Virus record (IMG/VR): IMGVR_UViG_3300034012_000174
Span: 1-60,510 of that record
Strand: one strand, 5' to 3'
From: a virus
Lineage: Duplodnaviria > Caudoviricetes
Length of the DNA: 60,510 nucleotides
In this document: positions 17,684 through 29,000 of the stretch, one piece after another
How positions within the stretch are numbered: position 1 is the stretch's first letter
Layout of the letters: each line of letters begins with the position of its first letter
The notes under the pieces: generated by a model
Database searches by the model: none
Told to the model about the DNA's origin: nothing
Seen by the model: only the letters and a program-made list of their open reading frames with translations
Position numbers and translations under genes: made by a program

Positions 17684-19534
17684 ATGCTGCAACGCATTAC
17701 ATTTAAGCCCGGAGTTAACCGTGACCAGACTAACTATGCTGGCGAGGGGGGGTTTTTTGAGTGCGACAAAATTCGTTTTCGTTCTGGCTTCCCACAAAAA
17801 ATTGGGGGTTGGGCGCGGACTGGTATTTTTACTTTGGTGGGCATTTGCCGCCAGATGTTTAACTACATCACCAGTTTTTCCGACAACATTTTGGTGTTGG
17901 GTACAAGTGCCAAACTCTACCTTGAGGTAGGTACTAACCTTATTAACATCACCCCTTTGCGGGCCGTAAACCCAACTTACACCACACCGGATACCGACAA
18001 CTGTGTTGGCACAACCAATGGGCAAACTGGGGTCACAATCACGATTATTGGGTGTGTGCCCGTTGTAGGGAACTACGTTGAAATCTCAGGTGTCGTTGGG
18101 CCGGTGGGTGGAATCCCCGCTTCGGAAATTAACGGCAACCGCGAAATCTTAACCGCGCCTGATAACAACTCTTTTACGATTGCTACGACGACAGCAGCCA
18201 CAAGTACAGCCACAGGCGGCGGCACAGCAATAACAGTGTCGTTTGAAATTACTGTGGGGGACACCAGCACGACCTACGGTTATGGTTGGGGCACTGGTGG
18301 TTGGGGTGCTGAGGCATGGGGCACCAGCGGGTTAACTCCGGTCACAATCTTTCAGCGCGACTGGTGGATAGACAACTTCGACAATGACATAGTTGCCAAC
18401 GTACGCAACTCATCAATTTATTACTGGACCTACAACGGTAACTTTACTACTCGGGCTGTGTTGCTTTCGTCGCTACCCGGAGCAAGCGCAGTTCCCGTTC
18501 AAGCCATGCAGACTCTAGTGTCGCAGAACGATAAACACTTGCTGGCGTTTGGAAGTACTCCGTTTGGTGGGGGTGCCTTCGATCCACTGCTGATCCGTTG
18601 GGCTAACCAAGACGAGCCTACAAACTGGACACCCAGCCCTACCAATTCAGCCGGTTTTATCCGAGTGTCCCGTGGCTCTCAGATCATTAGGGCACTGCCG
18701 ACACGGCAGGAGATTTTGGTCTTTACCAACTCTAATCTGTACTCTTTGCAGTATCTGGGTACAACCGATGTATTTGGCTTGCAAGAGTACGCAGACAACA
18801 TTTCCATCATGTCGCCACGAGCCGTTATTTCGGCTAACAACGTGACCTACTGGATGGGCATAGATAAGTTTTATATCTACTCAGGCCGAGTTGAGACGCT
18901 GCCTTGCACCTTGCGCAACCACGTGTTTCAGAACTTTAATTACGACCAAGCCGATCAGGTCGTTTGCGGTACGAACGAAGCGTGGCATGAAATTTGGTGG
19001 TTCTACCCGACTGCAAACTCGCAGATAAATAACGCCTACGTCATCTACAACTACCTTGAAAAGGTTTGGTACTACGGGTCTATCCAACGCACCGCGTGGT
19101 TGGATTCTTCACTGCGTAGGTATCCGCAAGCCGTGGGGGGTTACTTCCTCTACAACCATGAAGAAGGTGTCAACGACGACACCTTACCGATGACCTCGTT
19201 TATCACGACAAACGATTTTGACGTAGGTGATGGGGAAAACTTTTTGTTGGTTAAGCGGATTATCCCTGACGTTAACTTTGAAGGGTCCACAACAACCAAC
19301 CCTAAAGTGTTGATGACTATGCGTCCTCGCAACTTTCCGGGCACTAACTACACGGCGTCTAACGAACCAGATGTGACTCGTACTGCTACGGTACCCATAG
19401 AACAGTACACTGAACAAGTGTTTATTCGGGCACGTGCACGTCAGATGGGTTTCAGAATAACTTCCGAAGACTTGGGCGTGCAGTGGCAACTTGGTGCTCC
19501 CCGTCTTGACGGACGTAGCGATGGAAAGCGGTAA
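17684..19534 (+). CDS. Putative tail nozzle/stabilization protein (tail tubular B-like)
   Basis: FKPGVNRD...DKIRFR.GFPQKIGGW start; beta-propeller-like body; position before internal virion genes. Confidence 0.7.
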   Translation: MLQRITFKPGVNRDQTNYAGEGGFFECDKIRFRSGFPQKIGGWARTGIFTLVGICRQMFNYITSFSDNILVLGTSAKLYLEVGTNLINITPLRAVNPTYTTPDTDNCVGTTNGQTGVTITIIGCVPVVGNYVEISGVVGPVGGIPASEINGNREILTAPDNNSFTIATTTAATSTATGGGTAITVSFEITVGDTSTTYGYGWGTGGWGAEAWGTSGLTPVTIFQRDWWIDNFDNDIVANVRNSSIYYWTYNGNFTTRAVLLSSLPGASAVPVQAMQTLVSQNDKHLLAFGSTPFGGGAFDPLLIRWANQDEPTNWTPSPTNSAGFIRVSRGSQIIRALPTRQEILVFTNSNLYSLQYLGTTDVFGLQEYADNISIMSPRAVISANNVTYWMGIDKFYIYSGRVETLPCTLRNHVFQNFNYDQADQVVCGTNEAWHEIWWFYPTANSQINNAYVIYNYLEKVWYYGSIQRTAWLDSSLRRYPQAVGGYFLYNHEEGVNDDTLPMTSFITTNDFDVGDGENFLLVKRIIPDVNFEGSTTTNPKVLMTMRPRNFPGTNYTASNEPDVTRTATVPIEQYTEQVFIRARARQMGFRITSEDLGVQWQLGAPRLDGRSDGKR

Positions 19535-20377
19535 ATGGCCCTTGAAAAGTTCCGCGCCTCTCCACTGCCTATCCCCGGGCTTGAGTATGACCAGCAATAC
19601 ATGCTGCAACTCATCCGGGTTATCGGGCTTTACTTTAGCCAGTTAGACTCCCTTACCCCAAATCAAGCCGAGTCTTACCGAGCCGATCAATTTATTGGCT
19701 CTCAGTTTCGAGGTAATGATTTTTTCGGAGGTTTTTTTAAGGGATTTGGTAGTGGCATGGAAACAGCATATGCCATGCTCATGTCAGACCAAGATCAAAG
19801 TAGTGCGGGTGTAACCTCAGAAAATTTAATTTCGTACAACACACCCGTCTTCCAAAACGGAATTTATGTTGAAAGCAATACGCGATTGCGGTTTCAGTAC
19901 GCTGGGCAATATCTAATCATCGTTAACTGTCAGTTTACTAACCGAAGTAATTCAGCGGCTGAGTTTGAGATATGGGCTAAAAATTCAGGGGTCAACTACC
20001 CGCTAAGTAATACGCGCTTTGACATCCCAGCCCGTAAAAGCGTTTCAATCTACAGTCATGTAGTTGCCGTCATTAACGGCATTTTTACGGTGACAAACCC
20101 AGAAACAGAGTACCTAGAAATTGCGTGGTGGTCAGACAACGCAAATGTTTACTTGGAACACTATGCTGCTGGAACAAGCCCTACAAGGCCGGAGATTCCT
20201 TCAGTCATTCTGACGGCTAACTTTGTATCCGCTCTTCCAGCGGCGTTTTTCTTCCCACAACCCGAGGCTTTAGTTTTGGCTGGTGCTGCACCAAGTCTGT
20301 TACGTGGCGTGGCCCGGACACCCCCACAAGCGGCTTTGGTCTTGACTGGGGCCGCACCTACTGTAACTATTGCCTAA
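19535..20377 (+). CDS. Virion protein (tail needle/spike-like)
   Basis: LPIP..EYDQQY N-terminus, beta-sandwich body and a C-terminal repeat similar to 10896-12008. Confidence 0.55.
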   Translation: MALEKFRASPLPIPGLEYDQQYMLQLIRVIGLYFSQLDSLTPNQAESYRADQFIGSQFRGNDFFGGFFKGFGSGMETAYAMLMSDQDQSSAGVTSENLISYNTPVFQNGIYVESNTRLRFQYAGQYLIIVNCQFTNRSNSAAEFEIWAKNSGVNYPLSNTRFDIPARKSVSIYSHVVAVINGIFTVTNPETEYLEIAWWSDNANVYLEHYAAGTSPTRPEIPSVILTANFVSALPAAFFFPQPEALVLAGAAPSLLRGVARTPPQAALVLTGAAPTVTIA

Positions 20378-20396
20378 TATCAAGGATAATCTAACT

Positions 20397-22046
20397 ATGC
20401 AATATCCTGTCATCGCCCAACCACAATCCGCATTTGCTCCCACGTTCGCTCGTGGCGGTCTGGCTGACGCTGCTCGGGCGGTTCAGGCTCAAGGCCGAAA
20501 CAAAGACACGATGCTTGTGCACATGACCCCTAGCGAAGTAAAAGGGTTGCAAGCACTGGCTATGTCTCAAGGCGGTTCTCTAACAATTAACCCTTCTACG
20601 GGTTTACCCGAGGCTGGCTTCCTCGATGCTATCCTGCCTATCGTAGCGGGTTTTGCGCTTGGTCCGGCAGGTTTTGCCTTGATGTCGGCTCCGGCTGCGG
20701 CTCTTACCGTGGGTGGCGTGACCGCTGCAATGACAGGTGACCTTGGTAAAGGTTTGATGGCAGGTCTGGGTGCATTTGGTGGTGCCAATATCGGTGCCGC
20801 TTTGTCGTCTACGGGTACTGAAGCAGCCAAATTGTCGATGTTGCCTGAAGGTGGTATGACCGTGGCGGAGGGTATCCCTGCCAGTCTAGGTGGCTCGGGG
20901 GCTACCACAGGTTCAACGCTGGCGGATATTGCTGGAAAAAGTGCAACCACTGCGTCTGGGCCTATGTCGATGGCTCCTTGGGCGCAACCTAGTGTGGCTT
21001 CCCAACTGGGTATAAACGCTGCGCCCGTAGCAATGACCCCTTCCCAAGTTGCTGCCTTGCAATCAACGGCCCCTACTGGTTTTAGCAGCGTAGGTGCGGG
21101 AGCAAAAGACTTGTTTACCACGGGTGGTTTTGACCGTTTTGGTACGGCGCTTTCCCAACAGGCGGGCGGTGGCCTTGGTGCTACGGCTAGTCTGGCAGGT
21201 GTGGGCTTGCCTATTGTCGAGGCTCTTCAACCTACGTATGACTTCCCCGAAGTCGCTGAGGCTACAAGCAACTATGCAGGGCCGTATGTACCCAACCCAC
21301 GTGAGGTTCGTTTCAAACCCGAAGACGACAAACGCACTTCGGAGTTTGCGTATTTCACGCCGTCTAATCCGGTTCCGGGCTTCCAACCTGCGTACGCTGC
21401 TGCGGGCGGCTACATGCAACGCTACCAAGAAGGTGGCGAGGTTATGCCTGACGTAGATCGTGCGGTCCGTACAGCACCTGCGACCTACCAAGCCGGAACA
21501 GCCCCCGAGTTCAATTACAACTTCAAACCTGTTGGCATTCAAGGGCGCAACGAGTTCGGTCTGACACCAGAACAAATGGCTACCTTGAACATGGGGAATG
21601 CACTTTCCCAAACAGGGGGTTCTAGCGGATTGTTTGGGCGTTTGTTCAATTCGTTGGGTGAGCAAATGAAGGACTCGGTGAATCCTTACGTAGACTTGAC
21701 CAACTACCGCTACGATGCAGACACCCAACAAATGACACCAATGGCGCAAGGTGGTCTGGCTGCACTTAATGCGTTTAACAAGGGGGGTACCCCCAAAGGT
21801 CGTTTTTTACAGGGTGCCGGTGATGGCACAAGTGACTCTATCCCTGCCACGATAGGTGGAACTCAACCAGCACGTCTGGCTGACGGGGAGTTTGTGGTAG
21901 ATGCCCGCACTGTGTCTGAGATTGGTAACGGCTCTTCCAAGGCAGGTGCCAAGAAGTTGTACGCCATGATGGAGCGTGTGCACAGTGCACGCAAAAAAGC
22001 CCGTCGAGGACAAGACTCTAACGCCGACAGGTATCTGCCAGCATGA
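20397..22046 (+). CDS. Internal virion (ejection) protein
   Basis: GRNKDTMLVHM...INPSTGLPEA; hydrophobic Gly/Ala segment; GAGDGTSDSIPA...LADGEFVV; several xxxGG motifs. Confidence 0.65.
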   Translation: MQYPVIAQPQSAFAPTFARGGLADAARAVQAQGRNKDTMLVHMTPSEVKGLQALAMSQGGSLTINPSTGLPEAGFLDAILPIVAGFALGPAGFALMSAPAAALTVGGVTAAMTGDLGKGLMAGLGAFGGANIGAALSSTGTEAAKLSMLPEGGMTVAEGIPASLGGSGATTGSTLADIAGKSATTASGPMSMAPWAQPSVASQLGINAAPVAMTPSQVAALQSTAPTGFSSVGAGAKDLFTTGGFDRFGTALSQQAGGGLGATASLAGVGLPIVEALQPTYDFPEVAEATSNYAGPYVPNPREVRFKPEDDKRTSEFAYFTPSNPVPGFQPAYAAAGGYMQRYQEGGEVMPDVDRAVRTAPATYQAGTAPEFNYNFKPVGIQGRNEFGLTPEQMATLNMGNALSQTGGSSGLFGRLFNSLGEQMKDSVNPYVDLTNYRYDADTQQMTPMAQGGLAALNAFNKGGTPKGRFLQGAGDGTSDSIPATIGGTQPARLADGEFVVDARTVSEIGNGSSKAGAKKLYAMMERVHSARKKARRGQDSNADRYLPA

Positions 22047-22948
22047 TGGAATTACAGATAAGCACTTTGTGGATTGAGCGGCTTTTAAAGAAGCCCTTCC
22101 ATAAGTATTGTCTGTTGGGGGACAAAAAGTTTTTTGACCCCTATTCCTTCCCACTAGCAAAAGAGTTGGAAGATAATTTCTCTGCCATTCAAGCCGAACT
22201 TAAAGAGATTCTTAAGCGTTACGACGACTTTGCTCCGTTTCAAAGCATCTCACCCGATCAGACCTACATCTCCAACGATGACAAGTGGCGAATGTTCTTT
22301 TTTAAGGCTGCTGGAGTAAACTTTGGACGTAACCAACAGTTTGCACCAAAGACGTTTGAGATTTTGAACAGGCACAAGTATGTAATTTCAGCCTACATAT
22401 CTGTGCTTGGTCCTCATAAGATGCTTATGCCACATGAAGGTCCGTGGTCTGGCATTTTGCGTATGCACTTAGGGGTAGTAATTCCCGGCAACAAAGAGTG
22501 CACGCTGGTCAACGGTGGCGAGAAGTACCACTGGGAGGAAGGCAAGGTAGTCCTGTTTGACGATACATATGAGCATATTGCCGTCAATGAGACCGATCAG
22601 ATTCGGGCTATCCTGTTTTTGGATGTGATGCGTCCTCTTCCGCAACCGTGGAAGTTTATTAACTGGGCGATCCTGCGCCTGTCGGTGTTGTTTCCATATA
22701 TCTGGATTCCATACTTCCGACACAAGCGGTGGGAGAAGCAGTTCTACGGAGAAGACGAATGCAATGCACAATGGTCCCTAGCGAGCACGTTAAAGAAATT
22801 TGGAGCCAAGTTGAAGGCTACCTTGAAGGGGCTGCTGAATACACTCATGGTCGGTATGACGTGGATGACATCTACGATTCAATCATGGGCTACGACCATA
22901 CGCTCTGGATTGCTTTCACGGAAGAAGGCATCAAAGGGGCAGTTGTGA
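22043..22948 (+). CDS. Aspartyl/asparaginyl beta-hydroxylase family (LpxO-like) Fe(II)/2OG dioxygenase
   Basis: PHEGP..GILRMHLGV..P, W.EG..VLFDDTYEH.A.N, R.ILFLD..RP. Confidence 0.8.
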   Translation: MMELQISTLWIERLLKKPFHKYCLLGDKKFFDPYSFPLAKELEDNFSAIQAELKEILKRYDDFAPFQSISPDQTYISNDDKWRMFFFKAAGVNFGRNQQFAPKTFEILNRHKYVISAYISVLGPHKMLMPHEGPWSGILRMHLGVVIPGNKECTLVNGGEKYHWEEGKVVLFDDTYEHIAVNETDQIRAILFLDVMRPLPQPWKFINWAILRLSVLFPYIWIPYFRHKRWEKQFYGEDECNAQWSLASTLKKFGAKLKATLKGLLNTLMVGMTWMTSTIQSWATTIRSGLLSRKKASKGQL

Positions 22949-23199
22949 CAAATTTCATGTTTTACCCACGCAAGAAATATCTTGTAATGACTTTTTGCGG
23001 CGGCGTGGAACTGGAAACATGGAAAGACCCGATGCTGAAGTTGTTGCAGCATTTTGCGTTTGATACCCACTGTGATGGTATTGAGGCGACTGCAAGACCG
23101 GGCTGGGCCAAGATGTTTAAGAACGACGGGCATGTTCCGTTGTGGCAAACCTTTCAACTTCCTGCGGCTGAGGCAGGGTTAGGAGCACAAAATGGGTAA
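22759..23199 (+). CDS. Putative GNAT-fold protein of the ejection module
   Basis: GGAG RBS before ATG 22759; W..VEGYL..A...LWIA...GAVVT...YPRKK...CGG...CDGIEA.ARPGW. Confidence 0.6.
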   Translation: MQCTMVPSEHVKEIWSQVEGYLEGAAEYTHGRYDVDDIYDSIMGYDHTLWIAFTEEGIKGAVVTNFMFYPRKKYLVMTFCGGVELETWKDPMLKLLQHFAFDTHCDGIEATARPGWAKMFKNDGHVPLWQTFQLPAAEAGLGAQNG

Positions 23200-24100
23200 A
23201 GGCGGCGGCGGTGGTGGTGCACCCCCAACACAACAAACGGTAACGCAGACTAACCTGCCGGAATACGCACGTCCGTATTTTGAAAACATCATGCAGCGCG
23301 GTCAGGCTGAGTCCTACCGTGCCTACACCCCATATCAAGGGGAGCGTCTTGCTGACTTTACGCCGGGGCAGACGGCTGCGCAGACTGAAACTCTTGGTAT
23401 GAAGACCCCCGGGCAGTTTGCACCTGCAACAGCAGGCACTGCCGCTGGTACGACTTTGGGTCTTGGTACAGGGGTTCAAGGACTAGGTGCTGCCTTTACT
23501 GACCCAACGCAAATGATGTCGCCTTACTACCAAGGCGTGGTTGATGTTCAAAAACGGCAGGCCATTACGGATGCGCAAAAACAGCAACTCGGAACAAATC
23601 TTGCAGCGGCTCGTCAGGGTACTTATGGTGGTGCTCGTCAGTTACTGGCGCAGACTGAACGAGAAAAGAATCTTGGGCAGCAACTCGGTGACATCCAGTC
23701 GCGTGGACTTCAAGCGGCGTATGAAGCAGCGGCACAGCGCGGTCAGATGCTAGGCCAACTGGGAATGCAAGGTCTGGGTATGGGTCTGCAAGGCTCGCAA
23801 CAACTCGGACAACTGGGTGCTCAACAGCAGGCTACCGATCTTGCTCGTATCCAAGCACAAGCAGCCGCTGGCGCTGAACAACGTCAAATTGAACAGCAAC
23901 GTATGGATATGGCTTACGCCGACTTCCTGCGTCAGCGTGACTACCCGATGGAGCAGTTGGGCTACTTCAGTAATTTGCTTCGTGGCGTGCCCGTTCAGTT
24001 GGGTTCAACTGCAACCACATACGCACAACCCCCGTCTCTCGCCTCTCAAGTTAGTGGTCTTGGTTTGGCAGGGTTGGGCTTGTACAACCTAGCAAAATAA
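23192..24100 (+). CDS. Internal virion protein
   Basis: MGKGGGGG...LPEYARPY; Gln/Gly/Ala-rich helical; hydrophobic C-terminus. Confidence 0.7.
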   Translation: MGKGGGGGGAPPTQQTVTQTNLPEYARPYFENIMQRGQAESYRAYTPYQGERLADFTPGQTAAQTETLGMKTPGQFAPATAGTAAGTTLGLGTGVQGLGAAFTDPTQMMSPYYQGVVDVQKRQAITDAQKQQLGTNLAAARQGTYGGARQLLAQTEREKNLGQQLGDIQSRGLQAAYEAAAQRGQMLGQLGMQGLGMGLQGSQQLGQLGAQQQATDLARIQAQAAAGAEQRQIEQQRMDMAYADFLRQRDYPMEQLGYFSNLLRGVPVQLGSTATTYAQPPSLASQVSGLGLAGLGLYNLAK

Positions 24101-24109
24101 GAGGCAGAC

Positions 24110-26065
24110 ATGGAAACTAAACCTTACGCAATCCAGTCGCCCGAAGACATCGCCAAAGAATACGGTGGTAACAAACAACGTATTGCGCAGGCTGCGCAGA
24201 TTGGTCTGCTTGACCCTACCGCTGCGGTGTTGGCGGGTATGTTTATTGACCGCATGCGCGGTGCTCAGATGCAAGAGCAGGCTCCGCAACGCACAGTGGC
24301 TCAACAAGTTCTGGCACCACAACCTGCGGCCCCTCAAATGCCTGCGGGTGCTGGCTTAGGTGCAACTCCTGAAGCCTCTCAATTGGCAGCGGCTTATCCC
24401 GCTGAAGGCGCACCTCCCCCAGTTCCCGGTCCGTCCATGCCGCAAGAAGAGCCTATGATGGCTGCGGATGGTGGGTTGATGTCACTGCCTGTTGATGACG
24501 CTATGTTTGAGCCGTCCTATAACTCGGGCGGCATTGTTGCTTTTGCAGCGGGTACAAAAGACGCTATTCGTAGTGGCATAACTGACGAAGATGCTCGCCG
24601 TCTGGGTTACGGTAGCGCAGCAGAGTATGAAGAGTTTGCCCGTATACGTGGAAGCAGTCCGGGCGTTACTACTGCTGTACCGGCTCCTCCAGTTATCGAG
24701 GCTACACCCATCGCTCCGACTTTTTCGGACTCAATCGACCGGTCCGCGATGGAGAGAAAAATAGCCGGTGAAGTACCCCGAGGTGATAACTACTTAACTG
24801 GTGTGAACTCAATTCGTTCGGGTACCAATATATTTGATAACGCAGGCACGGAAGAGGTTTTCCTTACCCAGCCTAAGCCGGGTCGTTCCGGCCCAACGCC
24901 GGAAAATGCTGCACGACTTACATCTCGTGCGGACGCCGCTCCTGCGGTAGTCGATAAAGGCCCAGCGGGTAATGTTAAGACTGTTACAGATGCAGAAGTG
25001 GCTGCTGCCGCTGTAGATGCTGACCCCAAGGCTGCTGAGGCTGCGGTCAAGAAAGACGGCATTCCCGGTCTGCGTGCGTATGTCGATCAGTACAAGCAGT
25101 TGCTTGGTGAAGTACCAGAAGGTGAAGGACTCAAAGAGTACAAGGAGTACTTGAAAAGCCTGCCCGGTGAACTCGACAAGCGCAAGAAAGAAGACCTGTG
25201 GGGTGCACTCACCCAGTTTGGTTTCAACCTTGCTGGCTCGCAGTCTCCATACTTCTTGCAAGCCGCTGGTCAAGCGGGCGCTCAGACGATGCCTGCCATC
25301 ACTGGTGCTATCAAAGAACGTCGTAGTGCTGAAGCCGAGGCCCGTAAGTCTCGTGCTGAACTTGACAAGATGACCCGTGCTGAGGGGATCAAAGCAATTG
25401 AGGGTGGTGTCAAGTTGTACGGTGACGACCAAACTCGTCAGGCTCAGTTGGATGCAGCCCGTATGGCGGCTAACAAACTTACCGACATGCGCAGTTATGT
25501 GGCTGACTACGTACAGTCTGCTCGTGCGGCGGGTGATAAAGACACTCCGGATGCTGTGTTGCGTCAACAGGGTGCAGAGAAATACCTGAACCTGTACAGC
25601 GCCTCGGGTGCTCGTGCACAGGCTGCGCTTACCCAAGCCGACGTTGCTACACGTCAAGCAGAGACTAATATTCAGGATCGTGCCCGTGACAACGTGGATA
25701 CCTCGTTGGCTAAGAACTGGAATAGCCCTGAAAACAAGAAGATTCGTGAGTTTCAAAAGCAAGACCGACAGAACAACAAAGAGGGCAAGCCGTCCAATCT
25801 TGCTGGCGAGTACATTCAGGGTCTGTACAAAACGGAAGAAACCCGTATTCGCGGGTCTCAACCTGCTCCGGCTGCTCCGGCTGCTCCTGCCCCGGCCCCT
25901 GCTGCGGCACCCAAACCTGCAACGGGTGAAGTCAAGTCTCCATCCGGTAAGGTTATCCCTGCCGCTGCGGTTGCTCAGTTGAAGGCTGGTGACACACCAA
26001 CAGCAAGGAAACAGTTTGATGAGGTCTTCGGTGCGGGTGCTGCTGCCAAAGTGCTTGGTAAATAA
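24110..26065 (+). CDS. Internal virion protein
   Basis: MAADGGL, YNSGGIVAFA motifs; helical, Pro/Ala linkers. Confidence 0.7.
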   Translation: METKPYAIQSPEDIAKEYGGNKQRIAQAAQIGLLDPTAAVLAGMFIDRMRGAQMQEQAPQRTVAQQVLAPQPAAPQMPAGAGLGATPEASQLAAAYPAEGAPPPVPGPSMPQEEPMMAADGGLMSLPVDDAMFEPSYNSGGIVAFAAGTKDAIRSGITDEDARRLGYGSAAEYEEFARIRGSSPGVTTAVPAPPVIEATPIAPTFSDSIDRSAMERKIAGEVPRGDNYLTGVNSIRSGTNIFDNAGTEEVFLTQPKPGRSGPTPENAARLTSRADAAPAVVDKGPAGNVKTVTDAEVAAAAVDADPKAAEAAVKKDGIPGLRAYVDQYKQLLGEVPEGEGLKEYKEYLKSLPGELDKRKKEDLWGALTQFGFNLAGSQSPYFLQAAGQAGAQTMPAITGAIKERRSAEAEARKSRAELDKMTRAEGIKAIEGGVKLYGDDQTRQAQLDAARMAANKLTDMRSYVADYVQSARAAGDKDTPDAVLRQQGAEKYLNLYSASGARAQAALTQADVATRQAETNIQDRARDNVDTSLAKNWNSPENKKIREFQKQDRQNNKEGKPSNLAGEYIQGLYKTEETRIRGSQPAPAAPAAPAPAPAAAPKPATGEVKSPSGKVIPAAAVAQLKAGDTPTARKQFDEVFGAGAAAKVLGK

Positions 26066-26076
26066 AGGGAGCCGTT

Positions 26077-29000
26077 GTGGAGAACCCCTTCGCAAAATAC
26101 AGGGAACAAGAGGAACCTAATCCGTTTCGTAAGTTCGCCCAAGAAGAACCTGTTGCAGCCCCGGCCCCTAAGAAGGAAGAGGCTGTTCCAGTAGCAGCAC
26201 CTGCGGCTGCGCCCGCACCTAAACCCGCAGAGGTCAATCCGTTTGCACAATATGCACCCGGTGCGCCTGCTGTCGCTCCGCAAGAAGAAGGTTCATTCTG
26301 GGGTGAAATCAAGAAGGGTTTTGGTTCGGCTTGGGAACAAATTAAATATCTTCCCGACGCATTAAAGTTACAAGCAAGTTCTGAAGCAATTGACATGAAC
26401 AAGCAATTGCTCAATGCGTATGCACAGATCGACGCGGGCAAAGAGTTTTCTCCGGCTGAGGCGTCTCAGTTGCGGATGGACTATGCCATGCTGCGTAACT
26501 ACCAAAAAGCCAACCCGACCAAACGTGCAGAGATTAAGGGTGGTGGGGAAACGTTTGTTAAAGAACGCTCGAAACAAATTATTGATGCTATCCCTGCGTA
26601 TGCGGAGTATCAAAAACGCCTAGAGCCATACAAGGGTCGTGTGCCTGATGCCACCGACATTACGTCGCTGAAAGACTTCCGTGACTGGCTGGGCTTTAAC
26701 GTAGCCTCCGGTGCTGTGCAGTTAGTGCCTGTTATGGCTGCTGCCTACACTACTGGCGGTGCGGGTGCTTTCACTGTTGGTACTGGTCTTGCTATGCAAG
26801 AAGGTATTCAGAACCGACTCAATTTCGTTCTCGACAAGGTAAAGAGTCTCTCTCCTGAAGAACAGGCTACGGCAGTACAAGAATACCTCAGAGCGACGGG
26901 AGACACCACTATGGCTGTCGCTCTTGCTTCGGGTGCCCTTGATCTTGCTGGCCCTGTGGGGACCATCTTACGCAAGCAGTTGTCCAAAGAAGTTGGCAAA
27001 GAAGCCGTCAAATTTGAAACCAAAAGACAAGCCGCTAAGGCTGCGGCTAAAGAAGCCCCTCGTGAGATTGGTGAGGAGTTTCTTACGGGTGGTGCACAGG
27101 AAATTGCGCAGATTGCTGGCGAGCGCAACGTTGGCGAACAGACCGGAGACATATTCTCCAAAGAAAACGTCAAGCGTGTGTTTAACGCTGCGGCTGCGGA
27201 AGCAGCAGGAAGCCTCAGTGGTAGCGGCATCAACGTAACCACTGCTGTGGGTAAGCAAGCCTTGCAGGAACGTGCCGAACGTCTTGCTCAGGAAGAACTT
27301 ACAAACCAAGTCCGCGAGATGGAGCGGCGTACTCGTCAGGCCGACGTATCGGCTGCGGCTGACAAGATTGGACCCACTTTTGATGCGCTGGTGGCGAAAT
27401 ACCAAGCCGAAGGCATGTCTGAAACTGATGCGTTCAAAGCGGCGGGTGCCGACATAGCGCAAGGGAGGGTTGATCTTGGAGACATTGGAACTGACACCGG
27501 AAGAGGTGAGCCTAGCGTTTCTGTGCCTAGTGGGGGAGCAGAAGTCGTCGAGTCTGCCGCCGAGCCTTCAGAAACTGGAACTGCACCAGTGGCAGTACCT
27601 AGCGCACCTGTTGGCGATGCTGGAGCAGGAACGCAACCTGTCGCAACTGCACTAGAAGGTCGAGTTGAGCCTTCGCTGGATGTCGAAGCACTCGCTGCCT
27701 TACCTGTTGAACCCGGCCCGACGTTGGATGTAGATGCGCTTATGGCGCAAGAACCCCGTCAATTAGGACGTACGGAACCAAGCCTTGAGCCTATGGCTGC
27801 GGCAGAACCCGGGTCGTTGGAAGAACAAGTTCGTCAGGCTTACGAGCCGTCTATCGCTGACCAGATCATTGCACGGGCTAATGAGATTACCCAAGAAGCC
27901 GCTGATCTAGGCGCATCAGTAAATCCGGAACTGGCTCTACGTGCTGCTGAAGCGCAGGTTACTGAGGTTCTGGACGAGGCTGCATTGACCGAAACTGCCG
28001 CACCTACGGAGACTGTGGAAACTGCCGCACCTACGGAGACTGTGGAAACTGAAGCGGAAACCGAAACTGCTGCCCCTGCTGAAACCGTGGCTTTGGACGC
28101 GGTGACTGAAGACACTCCTGCTTCTGCGCTACCTGTAAACCCTGAGACGGGTTTAAAACCAAAAGGTAAACGTGGTCGTAAGCCTGTAGAGCGTACGCCG
28201 GAAGAACAGACTGCTGCCGAGGCTCAACGCAAAGAACGTCAAAAAGTCGGGCGGGATTCCATTCGCACTGCGGAAAAAGCCCGTGCTGTTATTGAAAAAC
28301 CGTTCAATGTGGACGACTACGACTCTATGGATGCTGCTAGAGCGGCGGCTATCGAGTTGCAACAGGAGCGAGACAACGCACTTGTTGAGGCTTACCGTAT
28401 TCTGAATGACCGCAACATCAGCCCAACTTCTAAGGCCAAGCAGGTTGCCAAGCGCATCATCGACCATCCAAGCGTTGATTTCCAAGAAAAACAGCGAGCG
28501 CAAGTACGTGCCAAACAGCCGGATACTGCCCGTGCAGACTTTCTCCAAGGTTCGACCAACGCCCAGCCGGATACGTTCTACGAGACCGTGACGGACGCAA
28601 CCAAGGCAATCGACCATGTTATTAAGACTGGGAACGCTTTTGAGAAACTGCTCGCCCAACGCATCAAACCCTTCCTTAAAGGGGTAAATGTTGTCATCGT
28701 CAGTGACCCTGAGACTGACATTCCTGATGCCCGTACCCGCCGTAACTTCCGTGGCGCGATGGGTCTGTACGTCGAAAAAGGCAAGCAGCGCACCATCTAT
28801 CTAAGCAACAAGCCGGGTTTGCGTGGCATCAACAACATGACGTTCCTGCACGAAGCACTTCACGGTGCGACGATGGCGCAGATCAACGCATGGACAAAAG
28901 ACCCTAACTCGGTAAGTCCACAAGCCCGCGCTGCCGTTGCCGATTTGCAGAAGGTGATGCTCCAAGCGTACAAGTATTACGCGGTGATGAACGTGTCGGG

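Noticed and set aside
24809-26095. 428-aa antisense ORF, and similar ones at 57959-58990, 30148-30849 and 48660-49406
   Set aside because: Shadow ORFs opposite well-supported genes
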